Shown one piece after another: positions 29,356 to 38,162 of a stretch of DNA of 64,000 bases. The notes under the pieces are model-generated. The model did no database searches. It saw only the letters and a program-made list of their open reading frames with translations, and had not been told where the DNA came from. The translations under genes and the position numbers were made by a program. Each line of letters begins with the position of its first letter. The stretch's first letter is position 1. The stretch is from a virus, in the IMG/VR virus record IMGVR_UViG_3300018036_000004, positions 1-64,000 of that record, one strand, 5' to 3'.

Positions 29356-29623
29356 CCTCTTCTAACTCTTCTCCTGAAGCTTTTCTTTGTAAGGCTTCCA
29401 AAGTATCCATCAAACCCATAATCTTTTCATTGTCTACAGGCATTGAGTAAACACTTTTGTACCCTAACTCTGTGTAGAAGTCTACAATCGTTTGCTTAAA
29501 GTCTTTAAAGACTTTTTCCGCATTACCCTGTTTAAAGGCTTCTACTGATAAAATGTCCAACATCTCAATGTGGGTTTGTACCCACATCTCGATGGTTTGT
29601 TTAATAATCATTTGGGCTAACAT
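29330..29623 (-). CDS. hypothetical protein
   Basis: AAGGAGG RBS; acidic tail. Confidence 0.6.
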   Translation of the reverse strand: MLAQMIIKQTIEMWVQTHIEMLDILSVEAFKQGNAEKVFKDFKQTIVDFYTELGYKSVYSMPVDNEKIMGLMDTLEALQRKASGEELEEDDEDDYWI

Positions 29624-29633
29624 TTCTGCCTCC

Positions 29634-29891
29634 TTATTTAAGATCTTTATCGTTCATGACGACCACATTACCTAAAATGATGTGACCACCTAATTGTTTA
29701 CTGGCCTTAAAGTTTAAAGGCAGTTTCTTTAACCACCCCTCTTCGTTTACAACCATGATACTATCTGGGTCTAAACGAATTACTTCAATGTACCCGCCAA
29801 CAATACCTTGTAAAGTTTCTAGTAAACCTTCTTCTTTTACGGTTATGTCTTCTTGTGTGTTATCTGTTTTTAATACTGTAATGTTTATCAT
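29634..29891 (-). CDS. DUF3846 domain protein
   Basis: LETLQGIVGGYIE...VNEEG.L..LP.N..AS...I.GNVV. Confidence 0.85.
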   Translation of the reverse strand: MINITVLKTDNTQEDITVKEEGLLETLQGIVGGYIEVIRLDPDSIMVVNEEGWLKKLPLNFKASKQLGGHIILGNVVVMNDKDLK

Positions 29892-29907
29892 GTTTACTCC
29901 TATCTAA

Positions 29908-29942
29908 ACATATATATAGAATCTACTCTAGGATGTTAGAGT
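29908..29942 (-). promoter_or_regulatory. promoter cassette copy 10 (degenerate)
   Basis: ACTCTA...ATTCTATATATATG. Confidence 0.45.
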
Positions 29943-30018
29943 GTTTGACGTTAAAAGTTAAATAAAAAGGGTGTGAAGTAAAACACCACACACCCCCCAA
30001 CCAACTTACAAAACAACC

Positions 30019-30132
30019 TTACTTATTTTTGTATTCTTTATAAGCCTCAATCCCCATTGTGATAAGAACCGAAGCAGAGGTGATCAACCAAAGATCACCT
30101 AAACATTGTAAAACGATTTGACTTGTACTCAT
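30019..30132 (-). CDS. small membrane peptide (37 aa), not in ORF track
   Basis: Sole ORF behind cassette copy 11; GGAG RBS; MSTSQIVLQCLGDLWLITSASVLITMGIEAYKEYKNK. Confidence 0.6.
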   Translation of the reverse strand: MSTSQIVLQCLGDLWLITSASVLITMGIEAYKEYKNK

Positions 30133-30173
30133 ATGAACTCCAAAGAAAGTATGTTAACGAAGTATTTTTTAAC

Positions 30174-30224
30174 GTGGTCCTCCTTCCACATAAATATATA
30201 GGAAGGAGGTTTCCAAAAGAGAGT
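30174..30224 (-). promoter_or_regulatory. promoter cassette copy 11
   Basis: ACTCTC-N14-TTCCTATA-N7-GTGG-N8-CCAC. Confidence 0.8.
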
Positions 30225-30574
30225 TATTTATTTAATCTAAATCCAACTCTCGCCGTTGGTGTGCTCAATACCACACCAGGTATTGGACTCTTCAACAACT
30301 CCTGTATACCATACTTGTTTAACTTCTGTATGGTCTGTGTTTCCAAGTATTGTTCAGGCACGAGCCTAGCGTCTTGTAAACGCACTACAGTGTCTTGGAA
30401 GGTCACCACTATGTGTCCACTAGTACCTTGCAAGGTAACACTGTTAGACTCTGTTGTAGCGTGTCCTACAGCGTGTTTACGAAGTTCTTCTTTTACTTCT
30501 TCTAACTCTTTATCCATTTCAGTACGGGCCTTGTACAAAGACAAGGCCTTATCGACTAATTCTTGTGTGTTCAT
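30224..30574 (-). CDS. Gp157/Gam-like coiled-coil protein
   Basis: N-terminal coiled coil plus V...D...VPEQY.......LNK..I..LL...IPGV.L. Confidence 0.5.
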   Translation of the reverse strand: MNTQELVDKALSLYKARTEMDKELEEVKEELRKHAVGHATTESNSVTLQGTSGHIVVTFQDTVVRLQDARLVPEQYLETQTIQKLNKYGIQELLKSPIPGVVLSTPTARVGFRLNK

Positions 30575-31278
30575 TACTCACCTCCCATACAGCCAATGTG
30601 AACATTACCAAAGTTTTCCACATTCACGAACTCAGTGTTCGCTTCGATAACTTTGACACACTTCGAGCAGATAGTAGCAAACCCTACTTTCGTGGTAGTA
30701 CCTGTGTGCTTAGGTGTTTCTTCTACTTCCTTAGCTTCTTCTACTTCTTGTGTTTCTTCTACAACAGGTTCTTTCAACTGATCCATCAAGTCGTCAGCCC
30801 ACATAGCAATCTTAGCGTATGTCGCTTGCTGACAAGACCCAGCCAATGGGCAACTGTTGCAAGTGTTATCTGGATAGTACTTCCCGAAACAACGATTAGA
30901 CATTAACGCAATGTCCTTTAAACTCAAGTACCCATCGTCCAAGTCCTCTTGGAACAACTCATGGTCAGTTTGGTCCAATGTAGGAACCCAACGGTTTGTA
31001 GATTCTACAACAGGTTGTTCTGTAACAGTTTCATTAACAGTTTCATTAACAGTTTCAGTGGTAGTAGTTTCTTCAAAAGGAATAGCTGTTTGAGTACCAG
31101 TAGGAAGTAAGTACCAACCACGCTTAGGTTTAGTACAACCCATTTCAGCTGTAGTAGACTCAAAAGCGGATTGGGAACAAGAAACACCTAACTCGTTGCA
31201 ACGGGCGACGACGGTACCTTTCTTAAAAGGGTTCTCAATAGCGGCGGTTTCAATAATGACAGATTGTATTGTATGCAT
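30574..31278 (-). CDS. hypothetical Cys-rich (zinc-binding) protein
   Basis: CFG..CNSCPL..SC and CSKC..H.GC clusters; AAGGAG RBS. Confidence 0.65.
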   Translation of the reverse strand: MHTIQSVIIETAAIENPFKKGTVVARCNELGVSCSQSAFESTTAEMGCTKPKRGWYLLPTGTQTAIPFEETTTTETVNETVNETVTEQPVVESTNRWVPTLDQTDHELFQEDLDDGYLSLKDIALMSNRCFGKYYPDNTCNSCPLAGSCQQATYAKIAMWADDLMDQLKEPVVEETQEVEEAKEVEETPKHTGTTTKVGFATICSKCVKVIEANTEFVNVENFGNVHIGCMGGE

Positions 31279-31337
31279 TGCATAACTCCTTGGCCTTAAA
31301 AGGCACTAGATGGTTTAAAGGCGGGCTATTTTTTATC

Positions 31338-31389
31338 GTGGTATCCCTTTCCACATTAATATATAGGAATCAAAAAGTAAAAGGAGAGT
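31338..31389 (-). promoter_or_regulatory. promoter cassette copy 12
   Basis: ACTCTC-N14-TTCCTATA-N7-GTGG-N9-CCAC. Confidence 0.8.
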
Positions 31390-31437
31390 GGAAAAGATAA
31401 ACTTTTTTAATCTTTTCCACTCTAGGGTACAACCCTA

Positions 31438-32586
31438 TTAGATTGTACCCAATACAGGATCGATCAGACGCTTAAGTTCGAAACGATTGTCCTCGTCCAA
31501 ACCATCTGTCCAAGACATTAAGGCTTCTTTTAACAACTCTACTGAGGATACAGTGTTATCATCTTTCCAGATGTCTGTAGCATCATTACAGATGTCACAC
31601 AAACCCCGCATCGTAAGTTCACCATAGATGTCACCATCCCCAATAGACTTACGAACACCTTTGGTGATCAAACCCAACTTGTCAAAGAACTCGTCCCCAA
31701 CTTGGATGGCCAACTCAGGATACAATCCTTTTAAGATGTTTCCTTCCTCTGACCAGTTCATGTAGTGTGTCTCAATTTTAGCTCCCAATCGGTCCATGAT
31801 AGAACCATCGATTGGATTAGAACTAGTCATTCGACCCCGGGCATCACCGGACCCAACACTGTTAGCAGTACAAACGAACTGTGGTTTGTTACCAAACTGA
31901 TCTCTAAACAAAGAGACCATGTTACCATGAGGATCAAGGATACGACCAGAGATACTGTCACACAAGATACGAAACCATTCTGCTTGGGCAGGGTCTGCAC
32001 GGTCAACATCTGACAATAAGATCAAAGGAGCACGACGAACACCATCTTTACCCTCTACACCTTGTGTCACAGCATGCCATACAGCACCGTACTGCCAGTA
32101 AGAACCTGTTTCGTCTAATTTCTCTTTGTAGAACCAACCATCCAAGTCTTTACCTGGTGTAAACGACAACGCCATTGCAGGACGACGAGTCAACGCGGAG
32201 AACGCGTGTACAAAGGCGTCTTTCCCAGTACCGGGCATTCCCCAGATAAACGCGTTACGACCATTCTTCACAGCGCGTAAGGCTCTTTTAAAGGAAACTC
32301 CTGCGTCACCCTTAGTTGGGAACTGATACCCTTTCGGCATCGGTAAGCACGTATCACCTTTTACACTTGTATCTACTGGAAGCTCTACTTTACCAATCTT
32401 AACAGACAACGCTGTAGATACAGTAGTACGGGACAACTTTTTGTTAACCATACCGTGAATCTTGTCTGAAATAACAGGGGCGTTGTACTCAGCCACATAA
32501 GCGTCTGGTGTCATATTGTGAACAGTTGAAAGGTGATTGATGATTGCGTGGTGTTCAAAACCACAGATAGCACATTTAATAGTCAT
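31438..32586 (-). CDS. MoxR/CobS-like AAA+ ATPase with N-terminal C2H2 zinc finger
   Basis: CAIC...HL...H; GMPGTGKD; LILLSDVDRA; TANS.GSG..G; D...DR. Confidence 0.85.
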   Translation of the reverse strand: MTIKCAICGFEHHAIINHLSTVHNMTPDAYVAEYNAPVISDKIHGMVNKKLSRTTVSTALSVKIGKVELPVDTSVKGDTCLPMPKGYQFPTKGDAGVSFKRALRAVKNGRNAFIWGMPGTGKDAFVHAFSALTRRPAMALSFTPGKDLDGWFYKEKLDETGSYWQYGAVWHAVTQGVEGKDGVRRAPLILLSDVDRADPAQAEWFRILCDSISGRILDPHGNMVSLFRDQFGNKPQFVCTANSVGSGDARGRMTSSNPIDGSIMDRLGAKIETHYMNWSEEGNILKGLYPELAIQVGDEFFDKLGLITKGVRKSIGDGDIYGELTMRGLCDICNDATDIWKDDNTVSSVELLKEALMSWTDGLDEDNRFELKRLIDPVLGTI

Positions 32587-32647
32587 GGCCGAAACTCCTT
32601 GGACTGAAAAGTCACTAGAATGAAAAGTATTGGGTCTATTTTTTATT

Positions 32648-32698
32648 GTGGTGTCCCTTCCACATATATATATAGGAAACTAGAATTTAAAAGAGAGT
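32648..32698 (-). promoter_or_regulatory. promoter cassette copy 13
   Basis: ACTCTC-N14-TTCCTATA-N7-GTGG-N8-CCAC. Confidence 0.8.
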
Positions 32699-32752
32699 AG
32701 AAAAGAGAAAACTTTTTAATTTTTTATGTAATCTTTTTTGTTTTAGACTACC

Positions 32753-33127
32753 TCAATCGTCTAATGTTCCGAAAGCCTCTATAAGATCTAAAGGTCCACT
32801 GAACTTTTCTCGTATACTACAGATACAATCTGTAAGTACTTTTAATAAAGATGCGTCTAAAGGTATGTCTTTATGTTTTAACCATTCATGGCACTGGAAC
32901 TCTTGGTCTAACCGTTTACCTGTGTTCCATTTCATTATGGCCAAGTAAGGTTCGTAGACATACCCTTTACCACCTTTTAAAGCGTAAGTTTCTATACTTT
33001 CATGATAGTCCTGTAAGGCCGTATTAAACAACCTTACAGTATCTGGACCCTGTTTAGTATACATAAAGTCATAACAGATTGGAGTTTGGTGGGAATCACC
33101 ACCCCTCCAAAGTAAAAGTTCCCACAT
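32753..33127 (-). CDS. hypothetical protein
   Basis: Co-directional ORF. Confidence 0.55.
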   Translation of the reverse strand: MWELLLWRGGDSHQTPICYDFMYTKQGPDTVRLFNTALQDYHESIETYALKGGKGYVYEPYLAIMKWNTGKRLDQEFQCHEWLKHKDIPLDASLLKVLTDCICSIREKFSGPLDLIEAFGTLDD

Positions 33128-33130
33128 AAC

Positions 33131-33544
33131 TCACACCGGAAAGTTCATAACACCAGTATCTAATAGCGTACCCATTAAGTACTTACCAGGACCATGTTTA
33201 TAGGTTGTAAGGATATTTATAGCCCAACCCCCTAACAGGGTACCTTGTAATAACATACTAATAAAAGCGTCTCTGTCTTTATCCCATGGGGATAAACTTA
33301 CACACTGAAAAACATTTAAGGTTTGATTGGGCATATGTTCACAAAGAAATATTTTCTTTGTCAGAGGACAACCGTATACAATGGGACCTTGTTTCCCATA
33401 CCGCTCCTCTCTAACAAACCACAAAGTGTGATTGTTTAACATATAAGCTGCCTCGTCTACAGACCAGTTAGGCACTTTCATTAAAAGAGTAGTAGAGGGC
33501 CTTAGACTAGGCCCCCTACCGGTTACTTTATGTAAAGTATACAT
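33131..33544 (-). CDS. hypothetical protein
   Basis: TAATG coupling at 33544; GGAGG RBS. Confidence 0.55.
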   Translation of the reverse strand: MYTLHKVTGRGPSLRPSTTLLMKVPNWSVDEAAYMLNNHTLWFVREERYGKQGPIVYGCPLTKKIFLCEHMPNQTLNVFQCVSLSPWDKDRDAFISMLLQGTLLGGWAINILTTYKHGPGKYLMGTLLDTGVMNFPV

Positions 33545-34692
33545 TACACCACCTCCACATCTAATGGTTGTATGCCAGTCTTTTCGTCTGGTACACCAGC
33601 CCATGTAACTCGGACTCGTTTACCATTCATAATAGCCTCGTCACCAACTTTAAAGATAGGTGGTTTGTTACTATTAGATTTAGTACCACCTTGTTGTTCA
33701 TCCTCTTCATCGTTATAGGCTTCACCTTGTTCATTGGACCCTTCATCACCATTACCTTCACCAGGATCTGACTTTGTACCATCATCTTGTTGTTCTTGTT
33801 GTTCCTCGTACAATCCTTCTAAGGCTAAAACAATGTCCATAGCCAACCACAAGTGATCCAAGTCGTCTTCTGGCTTAAGTGCGATAACTTTATCCAAGAT
33901 TGGTTTCAACTCTCCGGTAGATACCATTTCAAAAGCTTCTGGGTTGTCCTCATAGTAAGACTGTAAACATTGCATTTGTTGGAAAGACTGATAACCCAAT
34001 CCCAAGTCTCTAAAAGTACAAGTGATAACAGCCAACGCTGTACCCGTAGCGTTTACTTTACGATGTGGATTGGCTTCCTTACCCTCTTTCTCCATACGAA
34101 GAATCAGATCTTGTAAGGCTACAAGTTTCTCTTTAATAGGAGGAAACGCTTGAATACCACATCGTTCGATTCTAATGTCTTCGATAATGTTACCCCATGT
34201 GAGGATCACAGGAATGTATTTCTTCCACTTAGCGGGTTCCATCAAAGGAAGGCGCTTATTTAAGGGTTCCCACACTTCAGTTACAGATAACTGTCTAGTA
34301 CAAGAGTATGCAGTGTGTAATCCTTCATGATAGGCTCCACCTTGTAACTCGTGTGTAATGCGACGGGCTTCCGTCGCGGCCAACATCTCCAAGTTAGAAG
34401 GTGTTTCCGCGATTACAATAGCCTTCTCATAGTCATACACTTGTACTTGGTTTGCTTGTGTAACCAAGTAAGAGATGTCATCAAAAGACAAAGTACCAGT
34501 GAAGTTATACTTCACATATTGTCCAACCACATTCATTAATGAACGAGCGGTCCAGTTATCTTTATTGTAGAACTGGCGTCCTCTAGAAAACACTGGAGGG
34601 GCTTCGATCCCCAAAGGGGATAAGATACCTTGTACGGCCGCTCTATGTGTTGCTGCCCATTGTGAACTCTTGTAACTACTAACTTTTCTCAT
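33544..34692 (-). CDS. CobT-like N-terminal HExxH (metallopeptidase-like) domain protein
   Basis: GGAYHEGLH..YS and NIIED.RIE; C-terminal acidic linker. Confidence 0.75.
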   Translation of the reverse strand: MRKVSSYKSSQWAATHRAAVQGILSPLGIEAPPVFSRGRQFYNKDNWTARSLMNVVGQYVKYNFTGTLSFDDISYLVTQANQVQVYDYEKAIVIAETPSNLEMLAATEARRITHELQGGAYHEGLHTAYSCTRQLSVTEVWEPLNKRLPLMEPAKWKKYIPVILTWGNIIEDIRIERCGIQAFPPIKEKLVALQDLILRMEKEGKEANPHRKVNATGTALAVITCTFRDLGLGYQSFQQMQCLQSYYEDNPEAFEMVSTGELKPILDKVIALKPEDDLDHLWLAMDIVLALEGLYEEQQEQQDDGTKSDPGEGNGDEGSNEQGEAYNDEEDEQQGGTKSNSNKPPIFKVGDEAIMNGKRVRVTWAGVPDEKTGIQPLDVEVV

Positions 34693-34749
34693 TGTATTCT
34701 CCTTGGACTTATCAAGTCACTAGATTTAAAAGACGGACTATTTTTTAAT

Positions 34750-34799
34750 GTGGTTTCCTTCCACAAATATATATAGGAATCCACATCTCGAAAGAGAGT
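34750..34799 (-). promoter_or_regulatory. promoter cassette copy 14
   Basis: ACTCTC-N14-TTCCTATA-N7-GTGG-N7-CCAC. Confidence 0.8.
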
Positions 34800-34815
34800 G
34801 GATTCCAGAAACTTT

Positions 34816-36192
34816 TTATGTATCCAAACGAATCTTTTTAGTACGCTTTGGAAACATAATGTCTTCTAAACAAGACATTAATGCTTTTGGTAAGTCATTA
34901 ATGTTGTCCACAAGAATGTTTCGTTCTCTAAACACTGCTGTCACTCCAGCACACCCGGCGGATTCTAAACCCACACCAATAATAGCAACACCAGCCTCTT
35001 TAGCCAAACGAATCTGTCTAAGTACTACACCAGGATTATTTGGATAACCATCTGTCAACACCAAGATAACCTTGTGGGCCTCTGTACGCTGATTCATACC
35101 CATCATGGCATGATGGATACCGTCAGACATTGGTGTACCACCACGAGCCACTACATTGGTAAATCTGCCAGCACACTGTGCTACTTTTTCCTCATAACCT
35201 TTAAACACATCAATGTTCACAGATCCCTCACGATGGTACAATCTAGATTCATTGTAAGGAACTCTAAACCCACCTTCTCCATCTCGGAAACCAATAACTT
35301 CTACTGGACAATCTAAGGACTCCAACGCTTGTGCTATCGCTAAAGAAGCTGTAGCCTCTCCAGTAATAAGTCTCTTAGTCATTGAACTAGACTCATCCAA
35401 TACAATACTAACAGCCAATGTGGTTTGATCTTTATGTATTGTAGTCTGGTTAGGACGACTAGGCATTTTACCGCCTTTAATCTGTACCATGGATTGTACA
35501 AGTCTTCTGGAAGACAAGTCCCCTCTCTTTGTACCATGTAATGTTTCTGGTCTACGAGCCATCAAGAACTTAGTTCTCAACTTAGACTTCAACGCCCCAC
35601 ACAAAGGTTTAGCGGCATCCTTAAGTTTCTTAGCCTTACGAGGACCACCCGTTTCCACTTTAATGATCTGGTCATGACTAGTAGAGTAAGGACGATAGTG
35701 TTCCTCATCCCAAGAATCTACATTTTGTTGTAAGTCTTCATTGTCCATCAAACTATCTACCAAGTTATCCAACGCTTTTGAAGAGTCCACCATTTGTTCC
35801 TGTAAAGACTGTAACATCTGTTCGAACTCTTCATCTGACATCTGTTGGATTTCGTCTTGGACACTAGAAGAGCCACTTTCGTTACTCTCACTTGTTTCAC
35901 CTTTGTGGGCTTCCTCTTGTGTTTCAGTTTCTTCACCTTGTTCACCAGACTTACCGTCTTGGTCTTCTTCGTCTTCCTGACCACCATTCGAAGATTCTTC
36001 TTGGTCTTCTTCACCTTGCTGACCGGAACCATCCCCGTCTTGGTCTTCATTAGACTCGTCACCTTGGTCGTTCGAAGATCCGTCTTGGTTATCTTGGTCT
36101 TCATTAGACTCATCACCTTTAGTATTATCTTTATCTTTAGATGTGTCTTGTTGATCACGGATAACTTGTAAAAATTGATTTGTTACACGCAT
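34816..36192 (-). CDS. CobT-like vWA (MIDAS) domain protein
   Basis: VSIVLDESSSM, GGTP, VLTDG.P; long N-terminal acidic linker; GGAG RBS before ATG 36192. Confidence 0.88.
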   Translation of the reverse strand: MRVTNQFLQVIRDQQDTSKDKDNTKGDESNEDQDNQDGSSNDQGDESNEDQDGDGSGQQGEEDQEESSNGGQEDEEDQDGKSGEQGEETETQEEAHKGETSESNESGSSSVQDEIQQMSDEEFEQMLQSLQEQMVDSSKALDNLVDSLMDNEDLQQNVDSWDEEHYRPYSTSHDQIIKVETGGPRKAKKLKDAAKPLCGALKSKLRTKFLMARRPETLHGTKRGDLSSRRLVQSMVQIKGGKMPSRPNQTTIHKDQTTLAVSIVLDESSSMTKRLITGEATASLAIAQALESLDCPVEVIGFRDGEGGFRVPYNESRLYHREGSVNIDVFKGYEEKVAQCAGRFTNVVARGGTPMSDGIHHAMMGMNQRTEAHKVILVLTDGYPNNPGVVLRQIRLAKEAGVAIIGVGLESAGCAGVTAVFRERNILVDNINDLPKALMSCLEDIMFPKRTKKIRLDT

Positions 36193-36237
36193 TGTAAACT
36201 CCAATAAAGTAAGTAAGTGTTCGGGCTATTTTTTATT

Positions 36238-36287
36238 GTGGTTTCCTTCCACAAATATATATAGGAATCAAAAAGTAAAAGGAGAGT
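36238..36287 (-). promoter_or_regulatory. promoter cassette copy 15
   Basis: ACTCTC-N14-TTCCTATA-N7-GTGG-N7-CCAC. Confidence 0.8.
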
Positions 36288-36334
36288 ATGAAAGTAAAAC
36301 TTTTTTCATACTCTCCTTACAAGTACCTTTACTG

Positions 36335-37534
36335 TTACATCTTGTATTGTGTAGCAACCGTGACAGTAGGACGAACAGCTTTTATCTCTTTATGGCAATT
36401 AACTACTTGTTCCTTTCTAGGTCGTTCTACCTTATACAAAAGACCATCTCCGGACTTTCTTCTCTTAGTGGCAAACACTTGTTCGCCATCTCGAAGCTTC
36501 TTTCTACCTACCCACAATCTTACCATAGTAGGTCTTCTTGTGTATTGATAACCGTGCTCACCCCCTTTACCTGTAGGTACTTGGTCTACATACAAGGTAC
36601 GAACATTCGACAAGGTCTCTGCGTCGATTTCAATCTGTTGTAGATTAACCTTTACATTGGACTTAGACTTAACTTTTGTTGTACGACCATTAGGTGCTTC
36701 TACAACTTTAAACTTTCGTTTAATAAGCTTAGACTTTACAACAGTCTTAGGATTGTTAACCGCATGTAAGAAGTTAAGAACACCTCTACATCCCGCTCTT
36801 GTAGCTACTATATGGTCTTCGTCACAGTGTGGTACTAACAAGTTTTCGTTTACACCTGTAACACTTCTAATCTGTAACTCACCAGACTCTCTAACGTATC
36901 GAACCAAAGTAATACGATGTGTGTAACTTGTATAAGTATAGTTCTGTAATACTTGTGAGATTACATGATCTACATAAGCACTAGATCTATTAGTGTAATT
37001 TGTCCAGTTAGAACCAAACCGTTTATGTAAGTCTTTACTCTTTATAGGACTCATAAAGAACATCCATACATTGTCTTGTGTTGGACAACATACAAGTGTT
37101 GGCTCTTGTACGTTCACACTAGGTAAGGTACAGCTAAACGTTGTATCTACGGTTTCTTTAAACCGATCGTAATCGTCTATCTCGTCAACGTGTTTACCTA
37201 GGTACTCGTTAATAGCTTCTAACTGTGCAGGATCTTCTTCTGGTACCAGACTAAGATACAAGTCCTCATCCACTACATACATCGTTTGTTTACTGTTATA
37301 CCAGTCTCGAATAACTGGAATAGTATGTAACTCCCACTCTGTAAGACCGCCTTGTCTTTGTAAAGCATCCAAGTAACAAGCGGCATCCGCTTGCCGCTTA
37401 TGTTCACCTCGATACGGCATACGTTTCAAAGCTTGGGATACGTTTTGAATAGCGTCCCACCAACCTTGTCTTTGTTGGTACGTACTTGTTAGCTCTTTAT
37501 CTAACATGTCTAAAACATCTAAAATATGGTTCAT
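36335..37534 (-). CDS. hypothetical protein with basic C-terminus
   Basis: True start probably ATG 37534 (GGAG RBS), behind cassette copy 16. Confidence 0.7.
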   Translation of the reverse strand: MNHILDVLDMLDKELTSTYQQRQGWWDAIQNVSQALKRMPYRGEHKRQADAACYLDALQRQGGLTEWELHTIPVIRDWYNSKQTMYVVDEDLYLSLVPEEDPAQLEAINEYLGKHVDEIDDYDRFKETVDTTFSCTLPSVNVQEPTLVCCPTQDNVWMFFMSPIKSKDLHKRFGSNWTNYTNRSSAYVDHVISQVLQNYTYTSYTHRITLVRYVRESGELQIRSVTGVNENLLVPHCDEDHIVATRAGCRGVLNFLHAVNNPKTVVKSKLIKRKFKVVEAPNGRTTKVKSKSNVKVNLQQIEIDAETLSNVRTLYVDQVPTGKGGEHGYQYTRRPTMVRLWVGRKKLRDGEQVFATKRRKSGDGLLYKVERPRKEQVVNCHKEIKAVRPTVTVATQYKM

Positions 37535-37571
37535 AGTTTTCTCCAAGTAAGTAAGTACCTTATTGTTTAAC

Positions 37572-37622
37572 GTGGTTAGGCGTCCACAAATATGTATAGG
37601 AATCAAAAAGTAAAAGGAGAGT
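37572..37622 (-). promoter_or_regulatory. promoter cassette copy 16 (divergent pair with copy 17)
   Basis: ACTCTC-N14-TTCCTATA-N7-GTGG-N8-CCAC. Confidence 0.8.
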
Positions 37623-37657
37623 GAGTTTTTAAAAAATAAAAAAGAATTCAAAAAGTT

Positions 37658-37708
37658 ACTCTCTTTTAAAGAGTCACTTCCTATATAGTTTTGTGGAAGG
37701 GGAACCAC
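37658..37708 (+). promoter_or_regulatory. promoter cassette copy 17
   Basis: ACTCTC-N14-TTCCTATA-N7-GTGG-N8-CCAC. Confidence 0.8.
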
Positions 37709-37756
37709 TTTAAAAAATACTTCGCTACATAAACCTATACTTACTTGGAGTAAACA

Positions 37757-38086
37757 ATGGACGAGATCCGTTTTACCTGTCCTGTCTCTGGACACCACTA
37801 CTTATACTCACTTGTACGCTTTCGTCGAAAGTATCCTTTAACTGTAGAAGATATGGACTACTACTTTACAGTGATGACTTTTGATGTGTTGAAAGATGGT
37901 CGCTTTGCTATCCGTTCAATGCAAGATTACTGTCGTGAGAATGGTAGTTTGTCTACTGGTGACTTGGTAGTTGTACCAAAGGAAGATACTAACAAGTTCA
38001 AAGACTATGTCATTAAGTGGCACAGTCAGTGGACTAGTGGTAGTGTTGTATCCGACTTGTACGACCTATTACAAAACGAAGGCTAA
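37757..38086 (+). CDS. hypothetical protein
   Basis: GGAG RBS. Confidence 0.65.
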   Translation: MDEIRFTCPVSGHHYLYSLVRFRRKYPLTVEDMDYYFTVMTFDVLKDGRFAIRSMQDYCRENGSLSTGDLVVVPKEDTNKFKDYVIKWHSQWTSGSVVSDLYDLLQNEG

Positions 38087-38162
38087 CCTTTGTGTAGAGG
38101 GTTGGATACTGTAATGGTGTCCAACCTATCTTTGATTTTTTACTTACTTACTTGGAGAAACT

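Noticed and set aside
31438-36192. Cobalamin biosynthesis (true cobST)
   Set aside because: No cobN or other cob genes; phage CobS/CobT-like pairs are better read as generic MoxR AAA+/vWA modules.
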